A stretch of 63,576 nucleotides of DNA, counting the filler, from Octopus bimaculoides (lineage: Eukaryota), in the NCBI RefSeq assembly GCF_001194135.2. It is 6 parts of 6 records of this genome, joined end to end, with 100 filler letters (N's around TTAATTAATTAA, not from the genome) between each part and the next. Parts side by side here need not be neighbours in the genome. Positions count along the whole stretch, not along the records: positions 48,588 to 55,390 come from NC_068985.1; positions 55,491 to 63,576 come from NC_068982.1; 4 more parts are not named here. The stretch is one strand, 5' to 3'. This document shows positions 52,331 through 63,576 of this stretch, one piece after another (the first letter of the stretch is position 1; each line of letters starts with the position of its first letter). A program made the translations under genes and the position numbers. The notes under the pieces were generated by a model. That model worked only from the letters and a program-made list of their open reading frames with translations. It was not told where the DNA came from and made no database searches.

Positions 52331-52738
52331 AAAACAATATAAAATGATTTCTAAACATCAAATGGGAGTCCATTCGAAAGTAAATTGGAAACAAAGGGGA
52401 CCCCTGGTGTAGAATATCACTAGCTGCTGACCTGTTGAACAGTCAACAAACTGTTAATGGCCAGACCAGTCAGTTCAGTTAGCAAACTCTGCCTTCATTT
52501 GTAATCATGGTATTTGCTGATGAGACACTCAGCTATTAAAAGTTGAATATGACTCAGTGATTTGAGCATGTTGCCTGACTAGATGAGGATGATATATAGA
52601 TATATATTCATAGTAAAGATAAATCCTGTCTGGTTACTTCTGCTTTTGTGTGTTTGATATAACTGAAGTGTTACTTTAATTAATAACTAACTAGATTATT
52701 TAGATTTAATTTCTTTGTCTTTTTGGTTCATTCTGCAG

Positions 52739-53703
52739 GTTTATATGCTTACATTCAAGCAAACCCAGAATCAGCAGCAGACTATGTGGAAGCTGGAAAA
52801 CCTTTGGACAATTTACCAACATATACAAAAGAGCAAGTAGCCAAGCATTGTTCGAAAGAGACTAAAATATGGGTCACTTATAAAAACGGGGTTTACGACA
52901 TCACTGACTATGTTGAAAGCCATCCTGGAGGCAAGAAAATTTATCTGGCTGCAGGGAAATCTATAGAACCATTCTGGTCACTGTATGCTGTCCATAAGAA
53001 TTCAGAAATTTTTGCAATCTTAGAAACCTATCGGATTGGTAATTTTAAGCCTGATGAAGAGGATAGCAAAAAACCCCGGGATGTTAATGATCCTTATGCT
53101 AACGACCCAAAACGACATCCAGCACTGATTCCATCATCTATGAAACCATTTAATGCTGAGCCACCAGTAGAAATTCTAACTGAGAAATTTGTGACACCCA
53201 AAGAAATCTTCTTTGTCAGAAATCACCTTCCTGTACCAGAAGTTAATGTGGAAACATATCGACTTGATGTAACGACCGAAAATTCTAAGAGGACTGTAAG
53301 CTTGTCAGTGAAAGACTTGAAGAAATTTCCAAAACATGACGTCACATCAGTGGTGCAGTGTGCAGGTAATCGGCGGAGTGAAATGAAGGAAATCAAAACA
53401 GTAAAAGGCTTAAACTGGGGGAACGCTGCAATTGGTAATGGTATTTGGAGTGGTGTACGGTTAGTTGATGTCCTTAAACATGCTGGTATTGATTTCACTA
53501 ATACAGGATACAAGCATATTCAGTTTGAAGGACTGGACTCAGACCCCACGGGAGCAGCCTATGGAGCTTCAATACCCATTGATTTGTTTAAAGTAATTCA
53601 ACAGGATGTCATTCTTGCATATGAAATGAATGGGGAAGAGTTAACGGCTGATCATGGTTATCCATTACGTGTTATCATTCCTGGTGTTGTTGGAGCCCGT
53701 CAG
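52739..53703 (+). CDS. SUOX: Sulfite oxidase internal coding exon (cytochrome b5 heme domain, linker, most of the Moco-binding domain)
   Basis: Open frame with b5 motifs WVTYKNGVYDIT, HPGG and AVH, and Moco motifs FFVRNH, VQCAGNRR (catalytic Cys) and HGYPLRVIIPGVVGARQ. Acceptor ttcattctgcag precedes 52739 (phase 1); donor CAG|gtgagc follows 53703 (phase 0), exactly before the expected VKW. The N-terminal and C-terminal exons were not found in the window. Confidence 0.96.
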
Positions 53704-53964
53704 GTGAGCTAATATACACACTCTCTTTTCCTTTCACTTTATCTTACTCACTATATATTTCTTTCTCTTTGTCTTTATCCTTTCCTTTTTTTTACCTGTC
53801 ATGATCAAATATTTTATACAAGGATGTTAAAGACACAACCCTTGGCAAAGTTTAATCTAGCCCATGGTTCAGTTTTATATGAATAAAATATTTTTTATGT
53901 TTAAAATATTTTGCAATATATATATATATATATAAAATTACCATGCCTTCAGTATCAGAGCCGA

Positions 53965-54095
53965 GCAAAAATCATGATTAGTAGTTAAAAAGCTTGCTTC
54001 CTGACCATGTGGCTTTGAGTTCAGTCCCACTGTGTGGCACCATATGCAGGTGTTTTCTACTGTAGCCCTAGAGTGATCAAAGTCTTGTGTGTGGA
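53965..54095 (+). mobile_element. SINE family B head in the intron after the SUOX exon
   Basis: agcttgcttcctgaccatgtggctttgagttcagtcccactgtgtggcacc. Confidence 0.7.
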
Positions 54096-54433
54096 CTTTT
54101 GCACATCATCATTGTTGTCATCATCATCATCGTCAATGTGATGACGATGATGATAACGATGATGATATTCATCATCATCATCATCATCAATATCGTTTTA
54201 ATATCCATTTTTCTTTGTTTGCATGGGGCAGGTGGAGTCTATTGAGGCAGATTTTCTATGGCTGGATGTCTTTGTTGTTGTCAACCCTCTCTTGTTTCCA
54301 AGTAATATTTCTCCATGACCAGACATGTTCTCATACAATATTAGAAATGAATGGCACTGCTTGTATGACAGTGATACTCATTTACAGCTATCATGCAATG
54401 TCAAGGCAAGGAGATGCAAACATGCGTGCATGT

Positions 54434-54480
<47 letters not shown>

Positions 54481-54646
54481 TGTGCCACGTGGAAGAATTT
54501 TTTCCACACATCTCTGCATATAAGTTTGCTAACATCTTATATTCTTGATCCCTTCATCCATTTACCTTGGCTTACATTACTAATAGAGTATTTTAGTAAC
54601 AAATGCTCTTATAATACCTGAAAGACCTACCTTATACCTTTAAGAT

Positions 54647-55150
54647 CAGTGGTCACCAAACTTTTTCATAGTGGGCCAGATACAGCTAAAAGATTGCCAA
54701 GCGCGGGCCAGATAAATATTTTGTTCAATTCAGTACAATAAAGAATACACTGAATGTACACAAAAAATAAAGACAGTCATCCTATTTATTTATCAATACG
54801 TAAAATACACAAAATAATAAAAACAATAAACATATTTCAATATTACCAAGTTAGAATGTTTAGAAAAAGTGTGCACATAGCTGAATTGCATGAAAAGCAA
54901 GCAGCACAAAAGTTAATGAGATTTGTGAAATTGGTGTTTTGCTTCCAAATTATCAACATTTGCTTTATGATTGCTACAGCCAACCATAAGAATTGCTTTC
55001 AAATGTTCATCAATGAGCCTTGTTTGATGTACTAGCAGTATAACCTGACCTTGTCCGGGTGTGACTTATTATGCCAGAATTATGCCAGAGTTCTATCAGA
55101 TTGGGCAGAAGATGTTGATGCACCATTTTGCATTATGTTCAAAATAGCTT
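54647..55150 (+). mobile_element. Probable hAT (Charlie-like) non-autonomous element, left end only
   Basis: Starts CAGTGGTCACCAAACTTTTT followed by gggccagat subterminal repeats; no right TIR is seen before the gap at 55391. Confidence 0.45.
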
Positions 55151-55490
55151 CTGGAATGTGGTACATTACTGCAGTCGGATCTTTTTTAAAACGGGGGCCA
55201 CATTTTTCATTAATGTTTTACGTAGTGTTTTTGGTACCGAAAGACTTTCAAACTTCGTATACTAATCTATTTTGTGTTATAGAACAGAAAAATATTTTTG
55301 TATTCGAATTTATTTCATGTAAAAAATTGTCTTATTTCAATAATTTCAACCAATCACTGACGTCCATTCAGCCGATATACATTAAGTACCNNNNNNNNNN
55401 NNNNNNNNNNNNNNNNNNNNNNNNNNNNNNNNNNTTAATTAATTAANNNNNNNNNNNNNNNNNNNNNNNNNNNNNNNNNNNNNNNNNNNN

Positions 55491-55724
55491 GGCACATAAA
55501 AGACACCATTTCGAGCGTGGCCGTTTTCGTGCGGGTGACACGTAAAAGCACCCACTACACTCTCTGAGTGGTTGGCGTTAGGAAGGGCATCCAGCTGTAG
55601 AAACTCTGCCAAATCAGACTGGAGCCTGGTGTTGCCATCCGGTTTCACCAGTCCTCAGTCAAATCGTCCAACCCATGCTAGCATGGAAAGCGGACGTTAA
55701 ACGATGATGATGATGATGATGATG

Positions 55725-55725
<1 letters not shown>
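55491..55725 (+). mobile_element. Retroposon family E 3' segment with (GAT)n tail
   Basis: cacgtaaaagcacccactacactctctgagtggttggcgttaggaagggcatccagctgtagaaac...acccatgctagcatggaaagcggacgttaaacgatgatgat. Confidence 0.85.
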
Positions 55726-55761
<36 letters not shown>

Positions 55762-56682
55762 TAAACATATATACATAGATACACACATACACACAGAGAA
55801 TATATATACATATATGCTGAAGATAAAGGGTTTTTATATTTTTATCAATTAGTTACATTGAAAAATTTCTCATAATGAGAATATTTCAATGAATAATAAT
55901 AATGTCTCTATTTATATTTACAGAAACATATCTATAAAAATATAAATGTTAATCTTTATATATAGATATAGCTTTTTTCTCACTTATATTATAATTGTTA
56001 GCATTGAATAACTCATGAAATGCGTAAAATATGTGATGAGATTAATAAAATATATTCTAATTATCTTGACAGTTAATGAAAAGAGCAATCTATATTATGT
56101 AGAATTTTTGAAGTAGAAGAAACAGAACAGGCTTCTAAATATATCAATGAATTGAAAGGAATAGTTGACAATTTCTCCTAAAAATCTAATAAGCAACTTA
56201 AAATAAAATATTTTTTATTTTTCTTCTATTCCTTACCAGATTGTTTACCATTCCGAAGGTTATTTTAATCCATATGTATCAGATCATTAGTTCTTTGAAA
56301 TCTTCTGAATATGAGAAATTCTTCAATCTTACCCAGCCATAGAAAGGGAAATAAAAGCTCTTTATCTTATCTTGAACAATTGATTTATTGTAAAACTCTT
56401 AAACAAACTTCACTTTTGAGTGAGATGATGTTTATTTATATAAATCAATCTAGAGTTGTGAGTAAATAAATAATTACCACGAATTTCCCACAGGTTATCT
56501 GGTTTACTTTTTTTTATGACGAATGCTGTTCTGTATTCTTTTTAACCTAAGTTTCTATGAAATATTTTAGTTCTGAACAGGTCATTGCATTAGACTTCTT
56601 TTCTGTTCTACTGGCTTCACCCCTAAAGCTAGAATGGCCATAAAGAGATGCATGAGTAAGTTGATATGTTAATAATCATCAT

Positions 56683-57250
56683 CATCATTGTTTAATGTCC
56701 GTTTTCCATGCTGGCATAGGTTGAACGGTTTGACTGAGGTCTTCTGCATTGCCAGTGGCTGCACCAGGCTCCAATCTGATCTGACAAGGTTTCTACAACT
56801 GGATGCCCTTCCTAATGCCAACCACTTCAAAAGTGTAGTGCGTGCTTTTTATGTGATACTAGCAGAGGAGCCAGTCAGGTGGGCCTGGCGTCAATCATGT
56901 TTGCATAGTACTTTTTATGTGCCACCGATATGGGGTTCAGTCAGGGGTACTGGCACCGGCTACATTCGGTTGGTGCTTTATACATGCCACTGGCACGAGA
57001 GCCAGTCAAGGGTACTGGTATCAGCCACATTCAGATGTTGCTTCTTACATGCCACTGGCATGGGAGCCAGTCAGGTGGACCTGGAATCAACTGCATTCAG
57101 ATGGTGCTTTTTGTGTGCCACCAGCACGGGAGCCAGTCAGAGGGCACTGGCCACAGCTATGATATTGGTTTTACTTGACTCAACAAGTCTTCTCAAGCAT
57201 ATCATATCGCACAACATATCAGGGGTACTCGTAACTGGGCCGGACATGTG
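56683..57250 (-). mobile_element. Retroposon family E, long copy with internal gccactggca/gagccagtca repeats
   Basis: Reverse complement of the 55491-55725 element, extended by about five copies of a ~55-60 bp internal unit. Confidence 0.8.
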
Positions 57251-57348
57251 TGGCTATTAAAAAGTCAATGAATTAGAATGAAAATATGATGTCAAGTTTT
57301 CTGAATTTTTATATTTGCTTCATAACCACATGGTTGCACATTCAGTCT

Positions 57349-57531
57349 CACGTAAAAGCACCCATTACACTCTCGGGGTGGTTGGCATTAGGAAGGGCAT
57401 CTGGCTGTAGAAAACCATGCCAAATCAGACAGGAGTCTGGAGCAGCCTTCCAGGGTGCCAGCCCAGTTAAGCTATCCAACCCATGCCAGCATGGACAACG
57501 GACGCTAAATGATGATGGTGATGGTGATGAT
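57349..57531 (+). mobile_element. Retroposon family E
   Basis: cacgtaaaagcacccattacactctcggggtggttggcattaggaagggcatc...gatgatg. Confidence 0.82.
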
Positions 57532-57913
57532 TGTTTAACCCCAGGTAGCACTATTTGAGCAAACCTATGACCAAATGCATTTCAGTCTTGACCATCTTGT
57601 CTCTTTTGTTCGGTCATCATGTTATCTATGACTACATTATATATTATGTTTTCTTCCCACAACACAGATGTGTAACCCCTCAGACTCCTGGAAATAACAA
57701 CCAAAATGCCATTTATCTTATATACCTTACTGTGCAGGAAAGAATAAGGTTTGTATCAAGATAATACAGTCCTGGATATATATACATTATATCTGAAAAC
57801 AAGACGTGATTGTCACTGTTGGAATGTCCTTGATCATCGATTTGTTCATTGAGGTAGGACTTTGAGCTAAACAACTTATAGTTAAGTGACCGAAAACTGC
57901 TCACGTGGATTAA

Positions 57914-58133
57914 CCCTTTAGCATTGAGATTACTCTTTCCAATCTAAGGCTTATTTATACACATGGGTTTGAATTAATCATGTATTATCTCATAGCTTTG
58001 AGATTTCAATGATGTGATTATTCATTATTAAAACGATGCTGAAAGGTAGGTGTAACAGGCTGGATCTGGCTAGTTTTAACATAAAACAGGTAGAATATTT
58101 TAGCCAGATATGGCCAGTTTAAATGCTAAAGGG
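57914..58133 (+). mobile_element. piggyBac-type MITE, copy 1
   Basis: TIRs CCCTTTAGCAT...ATGCTAAAGGG with TTAA on both sides (57910-57913, 58134-58137); no coding capacity. Confidence 0.88.
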
Positions 58134-58428
58134 TTAAATATTGTGAGGACTTTATTAGTTGATTTTAAGAATTCGACTCAAGAGAATTAGCTGTCATAAA
58201 GAACATTAATCTCACTCTGTTTGCATATCTGTAGTTACACACATATATATATATTTGCAAATACAGGCATGCATTCATCTGTAAGTGGAGGTAGATACCA
58301 GATCTTCAGTTTGAAGAAATATCTCTTGTTCACTTTTGATGAGAGTGCAGATGTCTATACAAATTAAATCTCAATAGAATTGCTCCATCTCTTGGTCTAA
58401 ATTGAATTCTATTATGATATTCTATGAC

Positions 58429-58523
<95 letters not shown>

Positions 58524-59098
58524 AGTGATATAAATGTTCATATGAAATAATATATATGTATACAGTGTAGTTAGAAAATTAGTTTTAATTTGCTTGCTGC
58601 ACCAAATGCAATATATGGGAAGAAATTGTTGCTGGCATTTAATCTCCAAACAGCATTGGTCAGATAACCTTTTAGCTAAAGTAAAGGCTACCTAATCAGA
58701 AAAATTATCAGTATGAATTCAAGTAAAATATTATTGAATCAGAGAAAAGTAATGTTTAAGCCTGAAAAGAGAACATAGCCCTGGGAATAGGATAAGGTTG
58801 TAAAGGAAAATGTCACTTTTCCAGTTAATATGAAGCTACAGGTCCAAGTTGGTCAAAGGAGATTATCAATCAAATCCACAGCTAATTATAAAGCTCGTTT
58901 TGTCCTGAGAATATACTCAATTCAATGAAATTAATTGTAGTAACTGCCAGGATTAAAGGTCGGATGGATGTGCTTATAAAATGAACAGATTCTGACGTTC
59001 GTCCGTTTTATCTCATTTGCTTTTTAACTCTTTTATGTATCCCAGTCAGTGAGTTGTACCTTTCTGGATCCCTAACATATATTTTGAGAGCCCTTTAA

Positions 59099-59297
59099 CC
59101 CTTGGGCGCTCAGATATTTCTGTCAGATGCAATGCTTATTTATTCATATTGCTTTGAGTTTATCAAGCATTATCTTGTAGCCTCAGGATTTCAATGATCT
59201 GCTAGTTTAGCTTTAGATTAGCATTATAGGATTAGTGTTTCTACATAAAACAGTTTAAATATTTTGGCCTCATATGGCCAGTTTAAATGTTCAAGGG
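59099..59297 (+). mobile_element. piggyBac-type MITE, copy 2 (more diverged)
   Basis: TTAA-CCCTTG...TCAAGGG-TTAA; internal sequence is similar to copy 1 (gcttatttat, catatggccagtttaaatg). Confidence 0.82.
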
Positions 59298-59924
59298 TTA
59301 AAAAACAAAATGAAATCTGTGAGGTAAAAATTACCTGCAAGATCAAAAATAAGTTAAAACTAATTTAACTTTGAAGAATCAACTTTTTTAATGAATTCTT
59401 AAAATACACAATAGTTACAATAATATGTAGCTGGAAACTCTCTCTACGTACAACGGTTAGCAAAATAAATGCATGAATATGATAGGAATTTTTTCCCATT
59501 CAATAACTTATGGTTAGTTTAGTGAAACACTGGCTGTATTAGATTATACAATTAGTACTAGAGACAAAGCAAGTAATAACATAGGCATTTTTAATGTGTG
59601 GATGGAATACAGATGGTGACTTCACATGCTGTAGACAAAGTATATCCCATTATCAATTGTGAGAGAAGTGATATAAAGGAAATAGATTGACTAGGACAAC
59701 TGGAAGGAAATATAATCAGTGGGATGTCTAGATGTATAATGTGAATTTTATGGAAAGCTTTGTCAAATTGAATTAAGCATCATATCCTGAAACTTGACTT
59801 TTATATGATGAGAAAAATCACTGTTGTTACATAACTGAAGGTTTCTACTTTTCGGGATATTGATTCCTTTTGACAACATGTAATTTTTGCGAGGGTGTGA
59901 AATGTAGTACAGTTGAAATTACAT

Positions 59925-60000
<76 letters not shown>

Positions 60001-60335
60001 TGTGTGTGCTTACATATATATATATATATATATTTAAGTAATAAGGGTAAAAATTGATATTAATTAGAGTAATATCAATTTAAACCAGTGGCCTAGTATA
60101 NNNNNNNNNNNNNNNNNNNNNNNNNNNNNNNNNNNNNNNNNNNNNNNNNNNNNNNNNNNNNNNNNNNNNNNNNNNNNNNNNNNNNNNNNNNNNNNNNNNN
60201 NNNNNNNNNNNNNNNNNNNNNNNNNNNNNNNNNNNNNNNNNNNNNNNNNNNNNNNNNNNNNNNNNNNNNNNNNNNNNNNNNNNNNNNNNNNNNNNNNNNN
60301 NNNNNNNNNNNNNNNNNNNNNNNNNNNNNNNNNNN

Positions 60336-60387
<52 letters not shown>

Positions 60388-61706
60388 ACACACACACACA
60401 CACATGTATTACGCACTTTCAGGAACTATATACTTAATCTCAATGGCCAATTTTGTTGGTCATTCTGCCATTTCATGTTTGGCCTCAACAGACTCCACCC
60501 TCATACTTGCTGTATTCTTGGGATATTCTTTTGTTTGGAAAATTACATTTTATGTGATGATTACAGTTTTTATAATGGAATAAAGTTCTCCTTCTATTAA
60601 AAAGTTGCATGAGAAACAGCTGTAATGAGTGGACAGTTATCCATTGTCTGTTATTATTCACTTGATAATAAGACACCAAGGGAATTTACAACTTGTTGGA
60701 CACCCTAGATTATACCAACAATGTACTATTCAAAGTAACATGTGTTTTGGACCAGCCCCTAGGCGCTAATTACTCACTGGGCTAGTTTTCTCTGTGTACA
60801 CAACCAGAATATCCTATGTGATACTTACCAACCACAGGCTGGAACCACAGGTTTATCCAACCCTACCTGGCGCATATCTTTTCAAGTACCTGATTCTATC
60901 TGAATCCTTATTTTACTATTTATCATATTTTATTGGTACATATGACCATAGAAGGATGCACAGCAAAATCGGTGCTGGCTGAATATGAACTCAGAATGCA
61001 GAGAGACAAAATGAGTGACAGGTATTTCATCCTTTTGACCCTGAAAGGATGAAAGGCAAAGCTGATCTCAGCAGAATTTGAACTCAGAACGTAAAGACAG
61101 ACGAAATACTGCTAAGCATTTCACCCATCGTGGTAACATTTCTGCCAGCTCGCTGCCTTAATGAAATAAATATATTATTCCTCATAAGTGCTGCTGTAGT
61201 GTTTTCAAGAATGTAATACATATCTGGATTGTGACAATGCTAAGTTGAATATTATTTTCTCTGCTTTGCTGCCTGTTAGGATCAAATAATCTAGCAACAA
61301 CCAGTAAATGCTCAACCACCATAGCTATTGGAGAGATTTGAGGAAGGCCATAGCTGTGCATTTACTGTGTAAATTAAGCATACTTGTGATATGAATAAAA
61401 ATGCTGTTCAGTGCAAAAATACAAAGTGGAGATATCATTCACATAAGGATACTTGAACTAACAGTAGAGTTTACTTAATACAGCAATGCTTTGTAAAACA
61501 AAAAAGCAACTTTCAGTAATGAAGCAATGAAAGCTGTGCAGATGAAAGACCTATTCAGATGGTTTTACTTATAAGAAAAATAAAGATGGATTTTAAAATG
61601 CTGAAAGAAAGAATAAAAAAGGAATCAACTAAATTTAAAGACATTCTTTAACAGTTTAGCATTCAGATTACTCTGTGAAATGAATTGCTTATTTATTTTA
61701 CCTTCA

Positions 61707-62140
61707 TCATCATCATCATCAATGTTGTTTAACGTCTGCTTTCCATGCTGGCATGGGTTGGATGGTTTGACTGAGGGCTGGCAAGCCAGAAGGCTGCACC
61801 AGGCTCCAGTCTGATCTGGCAAAGTTTCTACAGCTGGATGCCCTTGCTAATGCCAACCACTCTGAGAGTGTAGTGGGTGCTTTTTAATTGTCACCAGTAC
61901 GGGCCAGAGGAGCTGGCATTGACCACAATCAGATGATGTTTTTTTTACATGCCACTGGCATGGAAGGCAGTCAAAGCGGCACTGGCATCGGCCACGTTCG
62001 GACGGTGCTTTTTACATGCTACCAGCACAAGGTTCACAACTACAGTTTCCATTTGATTTGATATTGATGTTGATGTCGATGTACTTGACTCAATAGGTCT
62101 TCTCAAGCATGGCATGTCACCCTACAATCCAAGGTACTCT
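61707..62140 (-). mobile_element. Retroposon family E (other copies 63298-63498 -, 50905-51000 +, 54175-54330 -, 44365-44520 - degenerate)
   Basis: catcatc...ttccatgctggcatgggttggatggtttgactgagg...ggatgcccttgctaatgccaaccactctgagagtgtagtgggtgc. Confidence 0.82.
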
Positions 62141-62224
62141 TGAATGGGCTGCTTATGCGACACTGGTGTAGGTTACAACTGTGAACTCACGTTATATATA
62201 TGTGTGTGTGTGTATGTATAAGTT

Positions 62225-62428
62225 TGTATGTCTGTGTTTGCCCCCGCAACATCATTTGACAACCGATGCTGGTGTGTTTACATCCCCATAACTTAACAGT
62301 TTGGCAAAAGAGACCGATAGAATAAGTACTAGGCTTACAAAGTATAAGTCCTGGGGGTCAATTTGCTTGACTAAAGGCAGTGCTCCAGCATGGCCACAGT
62401 CAAATGACTGAAACAAATAAAAGAATAC
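62225..62428 (+). mobile_element. SINE family C tail (further copies at 30110-30225 on - and 51324-51527 on +)
   Basis: ttgacaaccgatgctggtgtgtttac...gatagaataagtactaggcttacaaag...gtgctccagcatggccacagtcaaatgactgaaac. Confidence 0.82.
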
Positions 62429-62770
62429 ATTCTTTCTCTCCTAAAGAGTTCCCTCTGTTGGACGAACCTGAGGACAGTTTCTCTTTTTTATTCCTACACA
62501 AATGAGTGGATTCACTGGCAGAGTGTATTAATAACCAAAGCAAAGAGCCAAGTCAGAAGTGAAGAGATAAACTGCAGATTCACTGATATGCAAATGAGTA
62601 AGATTGGTGCCAATTATTTGTAGCATTCTTTGCAAGTTGACAGTGAGTCACCGGTTCTCTCTCTCTAGAATGAACATGAGTAGAAATACTAAGATATGAA
62701 AATAAGTTTATACTAGAAGATTACTATTTGTAAATCACACATTCAGAGATATTCAGCAACAGTACTTTGT

Positions 62771-63103
62771 AGTAAAGATTGTTTGCCAACATAACATGGT
62801 TTAGAATGAATGTTGCTGTAATTTAGTCCCAGGAGACATTGTCTCCAGCTGGCTATACAACACAATCTGTGTCCTTATATTTTCGAACAAGGGAATCTAG
62901 CAACCCCACTCAGCTCAAAACAAAATCGTGATACGCAGATAATGTTTTGAGCTGAGTGGGGGTGCTAGATTCCCTTGTTCGAAAATGTAAGGACATAGAT
63001 CGTGTCGTATAGCCAGCTGGAGACAATGTCTGCTGGGCCTAAATTACAGTAACATTCATCCTAAACCAGGACTGCCATGTTATGTTGGCAAACAATCTTT
63101 ACT
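62771..63103. repeat. Long fold-back inverted repeat, MITE-like (arms 152 and 161 bp, 20-nt spacer)
   Basis: agtaaagattgtttgccaacataacatgg...cagctcaaaaca pairs with tgttttgagctg...ccatgttatgttggcaaacaatctttact. Confidence 0.92.
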
Positions 63104-63238
63104 CCAAGTTTAAACTAGTCAAGCTGTTCTATGCTTCGTTTTGTAGAGAGAGCTAGCTATGTAGTTTAAAGAAAGGTCTACTTACACACCAAGGCACTCT
63201 GAACATATACTTATTAAATATACACATATAGACTTAGG

Positions 63239-63302
<64 letters not shown>

Positions 63303-63576
63303 TCATCATCATCATCATCATCGTTTAACGTCCACTTTCCATGCTAGCATGGGTAGGACGATTTGACTGAGGACTGGTGAAACTGGATGGCAACACCAGG
63401 CTCCAATCTAATTTGGCAGAGTTTCTACAGCTGGATGCCCTTCCTAACGCCAACCACTCAGAGAGTGTAGTGGGTGCTTTTACGTGTCACCCGCACGTAT
63501 ATATATATATATATATGTATATGCAAAGACCTGTTGAGGCAAGTGAAATCGAAATCGAACCAAATTTGACGACTGG

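Noticed and set aside
43824-52739. SHOC2-SUOX shared bidirectional promoter
   Set aside because: No first exon or promoter motifs were found between them, and an unsized join at 48488-48587 separates the two exons.
55632-55662. CTGAGGA-CTGGT-GAAAC on the minus strand of family E copies (also about 63368 on plus)
   Set aside because: Only 5 nt lie between the core halves with no helix II, and other copies lack the GAAA.
57713-57904. Exon-like frames on both strands downstream of SUOX
   Set aside because: Neither resembles the expected SUOX continuation (VKWL..., WQ..DYK) or SHOC2, and the two readings are mutually competing.

Overview
AT-rich, repeat-dense eukaryotic DNA, most likely from a cephalopod (Octopus-like; inferred from the SINE families and microsatellite load). 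Most six-frame ORFs are microsatellite or N-gap artefacts. Two host-gene exons are identifiable: a 965-bp sulfite oxidase (SUOX) exon on + (52739-53703; cytochrome b5 plus Moco domain) and a 186-bp SHOC2/Sur-8 LRR exon on - (43639-43824). I found no other exons of either gene. Five 100-bp gaps carry an artificial TTAATTAATTAA linker, so the window is six joined pieces and the SHOC2/SUOX adjacency is not proven. The rest is decayed mobile DNA: a piggyBac (PGBD4-like) with related TTAA MITEs, pogo/Tigger, several Tc1/mariner copies (including DD37D/maT), Penelope, RTE, CR1-like, RLE-type and Tx1-like retroelements, a possible Helitron, and several SINE families. The most notable unexplained structures are three minimal type-I hammerhead ribozyme folds (the best has a U3-A8 compensatory core pair), three fold-back inverted repeats (one about 400 bp upstream of the SUOX exon), a promoter-like island near 33.3 kb, and a few weak candidate exons of unknown genes. 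No prokaryote-style system (CRISPR, operon) is present, and I cannot support a wholly new multi-gene system from the sequence alone.
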